NCBI GenBank assembly: GCA_964016885.1
Contig: OZ024741.1
Span: forward strand, 6,634,001-6,698,000
Direction: 5' to 3'
Length of the DNA: 64,000 bases
From: Eledone cirrhosa
Lineage: Eukaryota
Every line of letters starts with the position of its first letter. The first letter of the stretch is position 1. A program made the translations under genes and the position numbers. The notes under the pieces are model-generated. The model was not told the origin of the DNA, did no database searches, and worked only from the letters and a program-made list of their open reading frames with translations. Below, one piece after another: positions 62,601 to 64,000 of this stretch.

Positions 62601-64000
62601 TTTTTACTTGTATTTATTATGTATATATGGTTGTGAGGCTCCTAGCAGTTGTTAGTTGTATTTATTATATGTATATATAGTTGTGAAGTTCCTAGCTGTT
62701 GTTAGTTGTATTTATTATATGTATATATAGTTGGGAGGTTCCTAGCAGTTGTTAGTTTTATTTATTATATGTATATATAGTTGTGAGGTTCCTAGCAGTT
62801 GTTAGTTGTATTTATTATATGTATATATAGTTGTGAAGTTCCTAGCAGTTGTTAGTTGTATTTATTATATGTATATATAGTTGTGAGGTTCCTAGCAGTT
62901 GTTAGTTGTATTTATTATATGTATATATAGTTGTGAGGTTCCTAGCAGTTGTTAGTTTTATTTATTATATGTATATATAGTTGTGAGGTTCCTAGCAGTT
63001 GTTAGTTGTATTTATTATATGTATATATAGTTGTGAAGTTCCTAGCAGTTGTTAGTTGTATTTATTATATGTATATATAGTTGTGAGGTTCCTAGCAGTT
63101 GTTAGTTGTATTTATTATATGTATATATAGTTGTGAGGTTCCTAGCAGTTGTTAGTTTTATTTATTATATGTATATATAGTTGTGAGGTTCCTAGCAGTT
63201 GTTAGTTGTATTTATTATATGTATTAATAGTTGTGTGGTTCCTAGCTGTTTTTACTTGTATTTATTATGTATATATGGTTGTGAGGCTCCTAGCAGTTGT
63301 TAGTTGTATTTATTATATGTATATATAGTTGTGAAGTTCCTAGCTGTTGTTAGTTGTATTTATTATATGTATATATAGTTGGGAGGTTCCTAGCAGTTGT
63401 TAGTTTTATTTATTATATGTATATATAGTTGTGAGGTTCCTAGCAGTTGTTAGTTGTATTTATTATATGTATATATAGTTGTGAAGTTCCTAGCAGTTGT
63501 TAGTTGTATTTATTATATGTATATATAGTTGTGAGGTTCCTAGCAGTTGTTAGTTGTATTTATTATATGTATATATAGTTGTGTGGTTCCTAGCTGTTTT
63601 TACTTGTATTTATTATGTATATATGGTTGTGAGGCTCCTAGCAGTTGTTAGTTGTATTTATTATATGTATATATAGTTGTGAAGTTCCTAGCTGTTGTTA
63701 GTTGTATTTATTATATGTATATATAGATGTGAGGTTCCTAGCAGTTGTTAGTTGTATTTATTATATGTATATATGGTTGTGAGCCTCCTAGCAGTTGTTA
63801 GTTGTATTATATGTATATATAGTTGTGTGGTTCCTAGCAGTTGTTAGTTGTATTTATTATATGTATATATAGTTGTGAGGTTCCTAGCAGTTGTTAGTTG
63901 TATTTATTATATGTATATATAGTTGTGAGGTTCCTAGCAGTTGTTAGTTTTATTTATTATATGTATATATAGTTGTGAAGTTCCTAGCTGTTGTTAGTTG
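29633..64000. repeat. 50-bp satellite (AGTTGTGAGGTTCCTAGCAGTTGTTAGTTGTATTTATTATATGTATATAT), about 690 monomers, continuing beyond the window
   Basis: Uninterrupted tandem array with recurrent single-base and 2-3-bp deletion variants. No ORFs in the track. Confidence 0.99.

Noticed and set aside
29633-64000. Telomere-like interpretation of the G/T-rich array
   Set aside because: No (TTAGGG)n or other short telomeric unit. The monomer is a complex 50-mer.

Overview
Repeat-rich animal genomic DNA, most likely an octopus or related cephalopod (inferred from the RTE LINE, tRNA-SINE and microsatellite landscape). The first 29.6 kb holds the last five coding exons of a uracil phosphoribosyltransferase homolog (UPRT, + strand, 3761-12504). 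It also holds many decayed RTE-clade LINEs, a CR1/L2-like relic, a possible L1/Tx1 3' end, two SINE families, a TTAA-flanked MITE and five minisatellites (40, 45, 38, 21 and 39 bp units), two of them born from LINE coding sequence. The most notable element is a near-perfect 374-bp direct repeat (22663-23502, period 466 bp). Each copy carries an intact minimal type I hammerhead ribozyme on the - strand, the layout of a retrozyme or Penelope-type element able to release a 466-nt (possibly circular) RNA. A further, unrelated hammerhead-like motif lies at 25112-25160. An ETS-type promoter candidate and probable non-coding first exon (about 29418-29592) sit directly before a >34-kb, 50-bp-monomer satellite with nested higher-order duplications that runs off the window end.
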